20,339 bases of DNA, taken from an uncultured Gemmatimonadales bacterium. Its GTDB lineage: Bacteria > Gemmatimonadota > Gemmatimonadetes > Gemmatimonadales > GWC2-71-9. The number at the start of each line of letters is the position of its first letter. Position 1 is the first letter of the stretch. The DNA lies in NCBI GenBank assembly GCA_963825055.1, contig CAWGSK010000026.1, positions 1 through 20,339 on the forward strand. Reading direction: 5' to 3'. Below, one piece after another: positions 7,858 to 17,300 of this stretch. Both the position numbers and the translations under genes were made by a program. The notes beneath the pieces were generated by a model that saw only the letters and a list, made by a program, of their open reading frames with translations, made no database searches and had not been told where the DNA came from.

Positions 7858-8559
7858 ATGTGCGCCGACTCAGGGAACGCCGCCGCCGTCCCCCTTCTCG
7901 CCCTCCGCGACCTCACCCTCGCCAGGGACGGGCACCCGGTTCTCGTCCGCATTTCCTTCGACATCGCCCGGGGCGAGGTGGTCGCCCTGACCGGCCCCAG
8001 CGGCTCGGGGAAGTCTTCGCTCCTCCGGGTGCTGGTCCGGTTGAGCGAGCCCGACGGTGGCACCGTCCTCCTGGACGGAAACGACTACCGGGAACTCCCT
8101 CCGCGCGACTTGCGACGGCGCCTGGGACTGGTCCTGCAGGAAGCCTGGCTCTTTCCGGGTACTGTCGGCGACAACGTGGCCTACGGCCCCCGCCAGCGCG
8201 GGGAGGAGTGCGGCACCGCCACCATTGACGCCCTCCTCGCCAGCGTCGGACTGGAGGGGTATGCCGGCCGCAACGCATCCCGCCTCTCGGGAGGCGAGGC
8301 CCAGCGCGTCTCGCTGGCCCGCATCCTGGCGAACCGCCCCGAGATGCTCCTCCTGGATGAACCGACATCCTCGCTGGACGAGGACAGCCGTACGGAGGTG
8401 GAGGACGTGATCAGGGATTTGTTGCATCACCAGCAGGTGACGGCGCTCATCGTGACCCACGATCCCGCGCAGGCGCGCCGGCTTGCCACGCGGCGGCTGG
8501 AGTTGCGCGAGGGCCGGATTGTCCATGATGGAGAGGAAGTGGAGGCGGGCCGTGCTTGA
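7858..8559 (+). CDS. fetA: ABC transporter ATP-binding protein, FetA/YbbL (STAR1)-like
   Basis: Walker A GPSGSGKS, Q-loop VLQE, signature LSGGEAQR, Walker B LLLDEPTSSLD and H-loop VTHD. It overlaps a UPF0014 permease gene. Confidence 0.8.
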   Translation: MCADSGNAAAVPLLALRDLTLARDGHPVLVRISFDIARGEVVALTGPSGSGKSSLLRVLVRLSEPDGGTVLLDGNDYRELPPRDLRRRLGLVLQEAWLFPGTVGDNVAYGPRQRGEECGTATIDALLASVGLEGYAGRNASRLSGGEAQRVSLARILANRPEMLLLDEPTSSLDEDSRTEVEDVIRDLLHHQQVTALIVTHDPAQARRLATRRLELREGRIVHDGEEVEAGRA

Positions 8560-9337
8560 CCAGTTCTTCCACGCGGGCGTGGCACTCGGGCTCGCCCAGG
8601 CAACGGCGGCAGCGCTGGTGGCGCTCTTCACCGTCTGGGTCGCCCGGCGCGGCGGGATTCACGTCGAACGCGACACGACGGTTGCCCTCGTGCGCGGCAT
8701 CGTCCAGATCGTCGCGGTCGGTTCGGTGCTTACCCTCGTCTTCCAGGGACCGGGCTGGACCAGCGGCCTCGTGCTCGCCGTCATGATGGTTGCCGCCGGC
8801 GCCATTGCCGCCCGCCGTATCCGGTCGCTGCCCGGGGCGTTCGCGGTCAGCCTGGCGGGTATTGCGGCCGGGGGCGGCCTGGTGATCGTGGTAATGACGC
8901 TGCTGGGCGTGATCGATGACGCCATGACGTCGCTCATCCCGGTTGGCAGCATGCTGATTGCCAACGCGATGAATACCAATGCCCAGGCGCTCGAGCGCTT
9001 CCGCTCGGACGTGGAGACCCAGTCCGGCATGGTCGAGGCCCGCCTGACCCTCGGCGCCACGCCACAGGCAGCGGTGCGGCCCCATGTCCAGGCGGCGGTG
9101 TCCGCCGCGCTCATCCCGCGGATCGACTCACTCCGGTCGCTCGGCATCGTGTGGATTCCCGGGCTCATGGCCGGGATGATCCTGGCCGGCGCCGATCCGG
9201 TGTACGCCGCCATTTATCAGTTCGCCGTGATCGCGATGATCTACGCGAGCTCGGGGCTCACGGCAGTGGTGAGTACGCTGCTCATTCGCGCAAGGGTCTT
9301 CGGACCCGGCGACCGGCTGCTGCTGCCCTCGGCCTGA
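8552..9337 (+). CDS. fetB: ABC transporter permease, FetB/YbbM (UPF0014) family
   Basis: RGIVQIVAVG, LIPVGSMLIANAMN, VEARLTLGATPQAA, AALIPRIDSLRSLGIVWIPGLMAGMILAGADPVYAAIYQ. The start is GTG 8552 with SD GGAGG at 8541-8545, overlapping the ATPase stop. Confidence 0.85.
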   Translation: MLDQFFHAGVALGLAQATAAALVALFTVWVARRGGIHVERDTTVALVRGIVQIVAVGSVLTLVFQGPGWTSGLVLAVMMVAAGAIAARRIRSLPGAFAVSLAGIAAGGGLVIVVMTLLGVIDDAMTSLIPVGSMLIANAMNTNAQALERFRSDVETQSGMVEARLTLGATPQAAVRPHVQAAVSAALIPRIDSLRSLGIVWIPGLMAGMILAGADPVYAAIYQFAVIAMIYASSGLTAVVSTLLIRARVFGPGDRLLLPSA

Positions 9338-9350
9338 CGGTCCGGGGCGG

Positions 9351-9384
9351 CTGTCATCTTCCAGTCACGCGGCCATGCTAGGCT
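9351..9384 (+). promoter_or_regulatory. OmpR/PhoB-family (Pho-box-like) direct repeat with extended -10
   Basis: CTGTCAT-CTTC-CAGTCAC at 9351-9368, a 10-nt gap, then TAGGCT at 9379-9384 preceded by TG at 9376-9377. Confidence 0.65.
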
Positions 9385-9423
9385 GCGAGGCACGTGAATG
9401 TGCCACCCACTCTGGAGGTTGAG

Positions 9424-10062
9424 ATGAGACCATATCGCACCGGGGCCCTGGCGGCCCTGCTTTCCCTGTCCGTGGCCTTGCCGTCGGGAGCGCAGCAGGC
9501 CGCCCCCGCCATGAAGGTGAAGGAGGAACACGCCGGCATGCTCAAGGAGGCGGCCATCACGCCGGAGCAGGCCACGGCGACGGCGCTCGACCGCGTGCCG
9601 GGGTCCACCGTGAAGAGTGCCGAGCTCGAGCGGGAGGACGGGGCGCTGGTGTACTCGTTCGACCTGGCCGTGGCCGGGAAGGACGGGATCGAGGAAGTCC
9701 TGGTCGACGCCGCCACGGGCAAGGTCGTGTCGGTGGAGCATGAGGGCCCGGCCGTCGAAGCCGCCGAGGCTGCCGGGGAACATCGGGGACTCAGGGTGAA
9801 GGAGGAACACGCCGGCATGCTCGCGCAGGCGAAGGTCACGCCGGACCAGGCGCTCCGGGCCGCGCGCGCGCGGGTGCCGCACTCGACCGTGAAGAGCGCC
9901 GAGCTCGAGCGGGAAGACGGCAGGCTGGTGTTTGCGTTCGGCCTGGTCGTGCCTGGCGGGGAAGGCGTGGAGGAGGTGTGGGTGGACGCCACGACCGGCA
10001 AGGTCCTGTCCGTGAAGCATGAGGACGCAAACACCGAGGCGGACGAGGAAGACGAGGACTAG
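9424..10062 (+). CDS. Exported acidic protein with two tandem PepSY domains
   Basis: Signal peptide MRPYRTGALAALLSLSVALPSGA. Two copies of [IV]TPxQAxxxAxxRVPxSTVKSAELEREDGxLVxxF...EEVxVDAxTGKVxSV match the PepSY pattern. The tail is acidic (EADEEDED). SD GGAGG at 9414-9418 supports ATG 9424. Confidence 0.85.
   Translation: MRPYRTGALAALLSLSVALPSGAQQAAPAMKVKEEHAGMLKEAAITPEQATATALDRVPGSTVKSAELEREDGALVYSFDLAVAGKDGIEEVLVDAATGKVVSVEHEGPAVEAAEAAGEHRGLRVKEEHAGMLAQAKVTPDQALRAARARVPHSTVKSAELEREDGRLVFAFGLVVPGGEGVEEVWVDATTGKVLSVKHEDANTEADEEDED
9516..10024 (+). repeat. Intragenic direct duplication (9516-9745 and 9795-10024; 279-nt period)
   Basis: The first 28 nt are identical in both copies (GGTGAAGGAGGAACACGCCGGCATGCTC). 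An ungapped manual alignment gives 52 of 76 identical amino acids. Confidence 0.9.
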
Positions 10063-10067
10063 CGGGC

Positions 10068-10757
10068 ATGCGTGTCCTGGTCGTCGAGGATGAGGCCGAG
10101 GTCGCTGATCTCGTCGCCCGGGCGCTGCGGGAGGTCGCCTGGGCGGTCGACGTGGCGGGGACGGGCGCCAGGGCGCTGGAGGCCCTGGCGATCAACGAGT
10201 ATGACCTGGCGGTGCTCGACATCGGGCTCCCCGATCTGAGCGGGCTTGAGGTCTGCCGCCGCTGGCGCGAGCGCGGGGGCCGGACGCCGATCCTCATGTT
10301 GACGGCCCGCGCCGGGCTGTCCGACCGGGTCACCGGACTCGATGCCGGCGCCGATGACTACCTGCCGAAGCCGTTCGCACTGACGGAGCTCCTGGCGAGG
10401 CTCCGGGCCCTGGCGCGGCGACCCGCACCGACACTGGGCGTGGTTCTCACCTATGCCGACCTCAGGCTCGATACGCGAACCCGTACGGCGTGGCGTGCCG
10501 ACCGGGAGGTCGGCCTGACGTCCCGGGAGTATGCGATGCTCGAGTACTTCCTCCGCAACCCGGATCAGGTGCTGAGCCGGGGCAGGATAATCGAGCACGT
10601 CTGGGATGATAACTTCGACCCGGTCGCGAATGCCGTGGATGTGCTGGTCGGCCGGGTCCGGCGAAAGGTGGACGGAGTGGAGGACCCTGCGCTCATCCAT
10701 ACGGTGCGCGGTGCTGGCTACCTTCTTGCGGAACGTGTGCCGGGCGATGCCGCTTAG
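10068..10757 (+). CDS. OmpR-family response regulator, CusR/CzcR-like
   Basis: VLVVEDE, phospho-Asp in LDIGLPD, LMLTAR, GLDAGADDYLPKPF, and a winged helix with VWDDNFDPVANAVDVLVGRVRRKVD...LIHTVRGAGY. Confidence 0.93.
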   Translation: MRVLVVEDEAEVADLVARALREVAWAVDVAGTGARALEALAINEYDLAVLDIGLPDLSGLEVCRRWRERGGRTPILMLTARAGLSDRVTGLDAGADDYLPKPFALTELLARLRALARRPAPTLGVVLTYADLRLDTRTRTAWRADREVGLTSREYAMLEYFLRNPDQVLSRGRIIEHVWDDNFDPVANAVDVLVGRVRRKVDGVEDPALIHTVRGAGYLLAERVPGDAA

Positions 10758-12090
10758 CCGTCTCCGCCTCCGCCTCACGGGCTGGTTCGGCGGCGCCTTC
10801 CTGGTCGGCCTGGCGATCCTGAGCGTCGTGCTCTTCGTGTTCCTCCGCCACCGCGAGAACCGGGAACTCACTGCGCGGCTGCACGAGACCCTCGACGCGG
10901 TGGCCGAGGCAATCCGGCGGGAGGACGCGGAGCCCGACACCCCGGACCTTGCCAGCGCGGTGCGCGATGCGCTCCGGGAGTACCCGGCACGGGACATGGC
11001 GCTGGCGGTCTATGGGCCAGACGGGCAGCGTCTCGAGTCGGGCGGCCCGGAACGTCTTCTCGCGGGGATGCCGGATGGGGCGACCCTGCCGGCTGCCGGC
11101 GCTGAGCGGGACCTGCCGCTGGATGGCGAGGGACACTTGAGGGTGGCCGCGGGGACGGCTCGTGTCGGCGAGGCCATCCTCATGATCGTGGCGGCGGCGA
11201 GCACGGCCCCCCTGCGGGAAGAGGCGGAGACCCTGGCCGCCTGGATGCTGGTGAGCGCTCCCCTCATGCTCCTGCTCGCCCTGGCCGGAGGCTATTTCCT
11301 CTCCGCGCGTGCGCTGGCACCGATCGCGGACCTGGGCACGAGGGTGGCGGGTCTCCCGGCCGACGACCTCGAGGCGCGCCTCCCCGTCCTCCTCCCGGCC
11401 GATGAAGTGGGACGGCTGGCGGACCAGTTCAACGGGCTGCTGCAGCGTATCGGCGCGCTGCAGGAGCGGAACCGGCGCTTTCTCGCCGAGGCGGCGCACC
11501 AGTTGCGCACGCCGCTGACCCTGGTGCTGGGAGAGAGTGAGCTCGCGCTGGAGCGCGAGCGCGCCCCGGCTGAACAGAGCGAGACGTTGTGCCGGATACG
11601 GACGGCGGCCCGTCAGATGACGCATCGCGTGAACGAGCTGTTCCTGCTCGCCAGCGCCGAAGCGGGTGAGCGGGTCCCGGCCGCGGAGCGGATCGACCTC
11701 GACGGCCTGGTGCTGGATGTGGTGGACCTCTTCCGGGCCCGCGCCCGGCACCTCGACCGGCGGCTGGAACTCGGGACGGTGGGTGGAGTGGATGTGATGG
11801 GGAGTGGGGAACTGCTCCGGGAAGCCGTCCTTGAACTGCTCGAGAATGCCGGTCGCCATGGCGGTTCCCCGGTCCGGATCTCCGTGCAACGCCTGGGCGC
11901 CGATGCGTGTGTCACGGTCGAGAATCCGGGTCCGCCGCTCGCCGAGGTGCCTGAGGTCGCCCCGGCGGGCAGGAATGGCGGTCTCGGGCTCCCCATCCTT
12001 CACGGGATCGCCCGGGTCCATGGTGGAGCCCTGCGCTATGAGCACATGGCCGGCTCCAACCGGTTCACTCTTGAACTTCCCGCTGCCTGA
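10747..12090 (+). CDS. Membrane-bound HAMP sensor histidine kinase, CusS-like
   Basis: Two TM helices flank a periplasmic domain. HAMP (DEVGRLADQFNGLL), H-box AAHQLRTPLT, N-box LLENAGRH, G1 VENPG and G2 GLGL are present. ATG 10747 overlaps the regulator's 3' end. Confidence 0.88.
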   Translation: MPLSRLRLRLTGWFGGAFLVGLAILSVVLFVFLRHRENRELTARLHETLDAVAEAIRREDAEPDTPDLASAVRDALREYPARDMALAVYGPDGQRLESGGPERLLAGMPDGATLPAAGAERDLPLDGEGHLRVAAGTARVGEAILMIVAAASTAPLREEAETLAAWMLVSAPLMLLLALAGGYFLSARALAPIADLGTRVAGLPADDLEARLPVLLPADEVGRLADQFNGLLQRIGALQERNRRFLAEAAHQLRTPLTLVLGESELALERERAPAEQSETLCRIRTAARQMTHRVNELFLLASAEAGERVPAAERIDLDGLVLDVVDLFRARARHLDRRLELGTVGGVDVMGSGELLREAVLELLENAGRHGGSPVRISVQRLGADACVTVENPGPPLAEVPEVAPAGRNGGLGLPILHGIARVHGGALRYEHMAGSNRFTLELPAA

Positions 12091-12099
12091 GGAACGGCC

Positions 12100-13281
12100 A
12101 TGATAGCTGTTGCGATCGTGTTGTTGCTTCAGGGCCAACCGGCCGATTCCCTGACCCTCGAGGCCGCGCTGGAACGGGCCCATGCGCACCGCGGCCAGGT
12201 GGCGGCAGCGGTCGCGAGCGTGAAGGTCGCGCGGGCGGGGGTGGGCGCCGCGGGACAGATCCCCAATCCCACGGTCAGCTACACGCGCACGCAGGACCTT
12301 CCCAGGCAGCACCTCGTGGTGGATCAGTCCTTCGAGTGGCTGCTGGTCCGCGGCCCCGAGCGTACGGCCGCCTTCGCGGATCTGGCTGGCGCGCGAGCAG
12401 ATTCGGCGGCGATCGTCGGCGACCTGGACCAGTCCGTGCGGGTGGCGTTCTTCTCGGCGGTGGCAGCCCGGGAACGGGCCCGCCTTGCAGACGGAGCGAT
12501 GCTGGCCGCCGACTCCCTCGTATCCATTGCGGAGGCGCGTTTCCGGGCGGGTGACATCTCCGAGTTCGAGCGGGACCAGGTCTCGCTCGACGCGGGCCGC
12601 GCAAGGCTGGACTGGTCACTGGCGCAGGAAGCCGAGCAGGTGGCCCGCGTCTCGCTCGCGCGGGCCATCGGCTGGCCGGAAGGGCCGTTGCCCGTGCCGG
12701 CCGGAGCGCTGGACCTCGGTCTCGACACCACGTCGGCTGCGGCGCCGGTCGTGGAGGACCTGCCGGAGGTGCGCCGTGCGCGGGCGGATTCGCTGGCGGC
12801 TTCCGCCCGGCTCAGCGCGGCCAGTCGACGGAGCATTCCGCTCCCAACCCTCCAGGCCGGGGCCGACTGGGACGACCCCTCGCAGCCGGGCCGGGCCCTC
12901 AGCATAATCGGCATCGCCATCCCGGTGCCGCTCTGGAATCACAACGGCGCCGGCGTGGCGGAGAGCAGGGCCCGGGCCGACCTGGCTGCTGCGCGGGCGA
13001 CGGAAGCCCGCCTGAGCGCGACGGAGCGCATCCGGTCCGCCCTGATCCGGCTGGAGGAAGCGGCCCGTCGCGCCCGCTACGCCCGTGACAGCCTCGCGCC
13101 GGCCGCCGGCCGGCTCCGCGCCAGGGCGCTGCTCGCCTACCGCGCCGGGGAGACCGGTGTGGTTCCGGTGCTCGACGCCCTGCGGGCGGAGCGGGAGAGT
13201 ACCGCGCAGATGATCGATGCGCTTGCCGCCTGGCAGGAGGCCCGCGCCCAATGGATTCGACTTCGTGGAGACCAGCCATGA
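12100..13281 (+). CDS. TolC/CzcC-family outer-membrane efflux protein
   Basis: LTLEAALERA, IPNP, ARFRAGDISEFE, IAIPVPLWNHN and AYRAGETGVVPVLDA are OEP repeat signatures. It lies directly upstream of the MFP and RND genes. Confidence 0.88.
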   Translation: MIAVAIVLLLQGQPADSLTLEAALERAHAHRGQVAAAVASVKVARAGVGAAGQIPNPTVSYTRTQDLPRQHLVVDQSFEWLLVRGPERTAAFADLAGARADSAAIVGDLDQSVRVAFFSAVAARERARLADGAMLAADSLVSIAEARFRAGDISEFERDQVSLDAGRARLDWSLAQEAEQVARVSLARAIGWPEGPLPVPAGALDLGLDTTSAAAPVVEDLPEVRRARADSLAASARLSAASRRSIPLPTLQAGADWDDPSQPGRALSIIGIAIPVPLWNHNGAGVAESRARADLAAARATEARLSATERIRSALIRLEEAARRARYARDSLAPAAGRLRARALLAYRAGETGVVPVLDALRAERESTAQMIDALAAWQEARAQWIRLRGDQP

Positions 13282-14327
13282 GAGCCCGCCGTCCGGTGAT
13301 GATTCCCCTGTTGCTGCTGGCAATGGCATGCGGTGGGGGCGGGGGTGAGGATGAGGGAGATGGCGGTGCCGCCGCCCCGGAAGTGCCCGTGGGAATCGGT
13401 CATGTGGTGCGCGATACGATCAGCCAGGTGCTGCGCCTCTCCGGAAGGCTGGCGCCGGTGCCCGGCGGGTCCGCGGCCCTGTCGGCTCCCACGGCGGGCC
13501 AGGTTCGCGATGTCCGCGTGCATCTCGGAACACAGGTGAGGGCGGGGGAGCATCTCCTGACCGTTGACGCGCCCGAAATCGAATCCCGTGCCAGTGAACT
13601 GACCGCGGCGGCGGGAGTGGCGCGACGCGAGGCCGGGCGCCAGAGTGACCTGCTGGCCCAGGGCATCGTGTCGCAGAAGGCGGCGGACCAGGCCGAGGCC
13701 ACCGCCGTCGCGGCCGAAGCCCAGGCACGGGGCGCCCAAGCGCTGCGCGCGCGCACCAGGATCACGAGCCCAATCACCGGAGCCGTCCAGCGGGTTGCTG
13801 TCCAGGAGGGGGAGCATGTCGACGCCGGCGCCATGCTCGTCGAGGTCGTGCGGTCGGATACCCTGAGCCTGGCCCTGACGGTGCCCTCCACGGACCTGCC
13901 CGCGCTCCACCGGGGACAGGTCGCGATGATCCGGGTGGCGGGAGATGCCACCGAGTGGACTGGCGTGGTTCAAGACGTGGCGCCCGCGGTGGATACCCTG
14001 ACCAACACCGGCCAGGCGCTGGTCCGTGTGCCGAACACGGCGGGCCGGCTGCGGTCAGGAACCGCCGCCGTTGCGCAGATCCGGCTCGGAGTGCGCCCGG
14101 ACGCGATCGTGGTTCCCGATTCGGCGCTGGTCCTGGTGGGGGACAGCCTGGCTGTGTTCGTCATTGGCCCTGATTCGGTGGCCCACGCCCGATCCGTCAC
14201 CGTGGGGGTTCGTGACGGTGGCCGGGCAGAGGTCCAGGGTCAGGTGGCCCCGGGCGACCGGGTCGCGACCACCGGCGCCTATGGCCTGCAGGACGGGATG
14301 CGGGTGGTCCCCCGGGACGGCCCGTGA
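13278..14327 (+). CDS. RND efflux periplasmic adaptor (membrane fusion protein), probable lipoprotein
   Basis: Lipoprotein-like signal ending LLAMAC, lipoyl halves (SAPTAGQV...GTQVRAGEHL; ITSPITGAV...GEHVDAG), coiled hairpin (LLAQGIVSQ), IVVPDSAL and GDRVATTG. ATG 13278 overlaps the TolC stop (ATGA). Confidence 0.9.
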   Translation: MRARRPVMIPLLLLAMACGGGGGEDEGDGGAAAPEVPVGIGHVVRDTISQVLRLSGRLAPVPGGSAALSAPTAGQVRDVRVHLGTQVRAGEHLLTVDAPEIESRASELTAAAGVARREAGRQSDLLAQGIVSQKAADQAEATAVAAEAQARGAQALRARTRITSPITGAVQRVAVQEGEHVDAGAMLVEVVRSDTLSLALTVPSTDLPALHRGQVAMIRVAGDATEWTGVVQDVAPAVDTLTNTGQALVRVPNTAGRLRSGTAAVAQIRLGVRPDAIVVPDSALVLVGDSLAVFVIGPDSVAHARSVTVGVRDGGRAEVQGQVAPGDRVATTGAYGLQDGMRVVPRDGP

Positions 14328-17300
14328 CCCTATCCGAACTGACCTATCGTCATCGCCGGCTGATTTACCTGCTGGTGGTGGCCGTGACCGGCGCGGGCCT
14401 GCTGGCCCTCTTCAGCCTCCCCGCGAGCATCTACCCGGAAGCGAACTTCTCCCGGATCGCGATCATCGCCCAGAGCGCGACTCGCGGCCCCCGCGACATG
14501 ACCGTGGCAGTCACCCGGCCGATCGAGGAGGCCATGGGTGGTGTCCTGGAGTTACGCCGGATTCGCTCGCGGACCGTGCAGGGGGGCGTGGAGATCAGCC
14601 TCGACTTCAGTCCGTCGGCGGACATCCAGGTGGCACTGCAGCAGGTGCAGGGCCGGCTCGCGGCGCTCCGTGCCGATCTTCCGCCCGACGTGTCGCTGTT
14701 CGCCGACCGCCTCACCCCGTCCGCGTTCCCCATCATCCAGTATCAGTTGACGGGCGCGTCTCCCATCGTGCTGCGTGACCTGGCCCAGTATCTCATCCGG
14801 CCCCGCCTGGCCGGCCTGCCCGACGTCGGCAGCGTGGAGGTGCAGGGCGGGCGTGTCCGGCAGATCACGATCGCGCTGGACCCGGCCCGCCTGACGTCCA
14901 CGGGCATCGGGGTGAGCGAAGTCGCGGATGCGGTGCGTTCGGCCAATGTCGTGACTGCCGCCGGGAGGATCTCCCGGAACTACCGCCAGTACAGCGTGAT
15001 CGTTTCCGGCCTCACTCCCGATCCTGCGGCGGTGGGCGAGGTGGTGGTGCGGCAGTCCGACGGGCGCAATGTGCGCGTGGCCGACCTCGGCCACGTGGCC
15101 TATGGGATGGACGACCAGTTCCAGATCTTCACCGGCGACGGCCGGCCGGCCGCCCTGATCAACGTGTCACGCCAGCTGAACGGCAATGTGCTCACCGTGG
15201 AACACGGTGTCGCGGCCGTGATGGACTCCATCCGGCCGCAACTGCCGCGCGGGGCGCAACTGGAGCTGGTGTACAACCAGGCCGCGCTGGTCCGCGAATC
15301 GGTCGGCAGCGTCCGCGACGCGATGTTGCTCGGCGGGTTCTTTGCAGTCCTCGTGCTTCTGGTCTTCCTCGGCAACTGGCGGGTGACCCTCGCGGCGGCC
15401 CTGACGCTCCCCCTTTCCGTCATCGGCACCTTCGCAGGACTGCGTCTCGCCGGGCAGTCGCTCAACCTCATGTCCCTCGGGGGGCTTGCCGTGGCGATCG
15501 GGCTCATCATCGACGATGCCGTGGTTGTCGTCGAGAACATCGAGCGCCGCCTCGCACTCCATCCGGACGATCCTCCCGGCGAGGTGGTGCGCCGCGGCAC
15601 TGACGAGATCTTCGGGGCCGTCGCCGGCTCGACCCTCACGACCGTGGTCGTGTTCGCGCCGCTGGGCCTGCTGGAGGGGGTGGTCGGCGACTTCTTCCGC
15701 AGCTTCGCGATTGCCCTGGCCATCTCGGTGGTCCTCTCCCTGGTGCTGGCGATGACACTGATCCCCGCCCTGGTGGAGCACTGGCTGCTGTCGGCCGGCG
15801 TTCTGTCCTCCCGACGGGGACTGTCGCTGGCGAAACTGGAGGCGTGGTACACCCGCCGGGTGGCCGGCATCCTGCGGCACCGCCGGCTGGCGCTTCTGGG
15901 GGTCGCGGGGCTGGTGGTCCTTGCCGTGGGCCTTTCCCGGGTCATGGGGACGGACTTCCTGCCCGCCATGGACGAGGGCGGTTTCATTCTCGACTACTGG
16001 ACCCCGACGGGGAGCTCCCTCGCGGAAACGGACCGCGAGTTGCGCCAGATTGAGGGAATTCTCAAGGCGGACCCCGACGTCCAGGCGTTTTCCCGCCGGA
16101 CAGGCACCGAACTCGGGTTCGCGGCCACCGCCCCGAACCGGGGCGACTTCACGGTACTGCTGAAGCCGGTGTCGGCGCGGTCATCGTCAGTGTACGAGGT
16201 CATGGATCGCGTACGGGTCCGGATCGAGACGGAGACGCCCGAGGTCCGAGTGGAGTTCGTCCAGTTGCTCCAGGATATCATCGGGGACCTCGCGGGCAAT
16301 CCCGAGCCGGTGGAGGTCAAGCTCTTCAGCGCGGACCAGGCGGCAGCCGAGCGTTCGGGCGTGGCCATCGGAAACGCGATCGACACCATCCCTGGCCTGG
16401 TGGACGTCTTCAACGGCGTGCAGGGACGCGATCCGGAGGTCCGGGTCGCCCTCGACCCCCGCGCGGCCCGGCGTCTGGGCCTCACGAACGAAGCGGTGTC
16501 TGACCAGGCACGCGCCTCTCTCTTCGGGGCTGAGGCCGGTACGGCCCGGGAATTCGACCGCCTCGTCCCGATTGTGGCCCGGCTCCCCGACAGCGTCCGG
16601 TTCGATCCCGGCATCGTCTCACGCCTCCCGGTGGTCGGTCCGGACGGCTGGGCGCCGCTTGCCAGCCTGGGATCGGTGCGGGACACGAGCGAAGCGGCGG
16701 AGCTGCAGCGGGAGAACCTGCGGCCGCTCATCGCCGTTACGGGCCGGGTGAGCGGGTCGAGCCTTGGCGCCGTCATGCAGCGGGTCCGGCAGGCGGTGTC
16801 GAAGGTGCCGCTGCCGGCGGGGGTTGAGCTCGAGCTCGGCGGGCAGTACGTCAGCCAGCGCCGCGCCTTCCGGCAGCTCTTCCTGGTATTCCTCCTGGCG
16901 ACCGTGGCCGTGCTCGGCGTCCTGGTGGCACAGTTCCGCAGCTATCGTGGGGCCCTTGCGATCGCGCTGGCGGCGCCGCTTGGCATTACCGGAGCCTTCC
17001 TGGCGCTGGTCGTCACCCGCGTGCCGTTCAACGTCTCGAGCTTCATGGGGCTGATCCTGCTCATCGGCCTCGTCGTGAAGAACGGCATCATCCTCCTCGA
17101 CGCTGCCATGCGACAGCGCGAGGCCGGGCTTGGGGAGGAGGAGGCCCTGGTGGAGGCCGGCCGGATCCGGATGCGGCCGATCCTGATGACGACCCTGTGC
17201 ACCCTGGCCGGCCTGCTGCCGCTGGCTTTCGGGTTCGGCAGTGGCTCGGAACTGCAGCGACCCCTGGCCATCGCGGTGGTCGGCGGTCTTACGTTGTCCA

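Noticed and set aside
9516..9822. 28-nt exact direct repeat considered as a CRISPR repeat or att site
   Set aside because: There are only two copies, 279 nt apart and in frame within the PepSY gene. This is a domain duplication.
10693..12312. 539-aa minus-strand ORF opposite the kinase
   Set aside because: Antisense shadow with Arg/Pro/Gly-rich composition and no domain signature.
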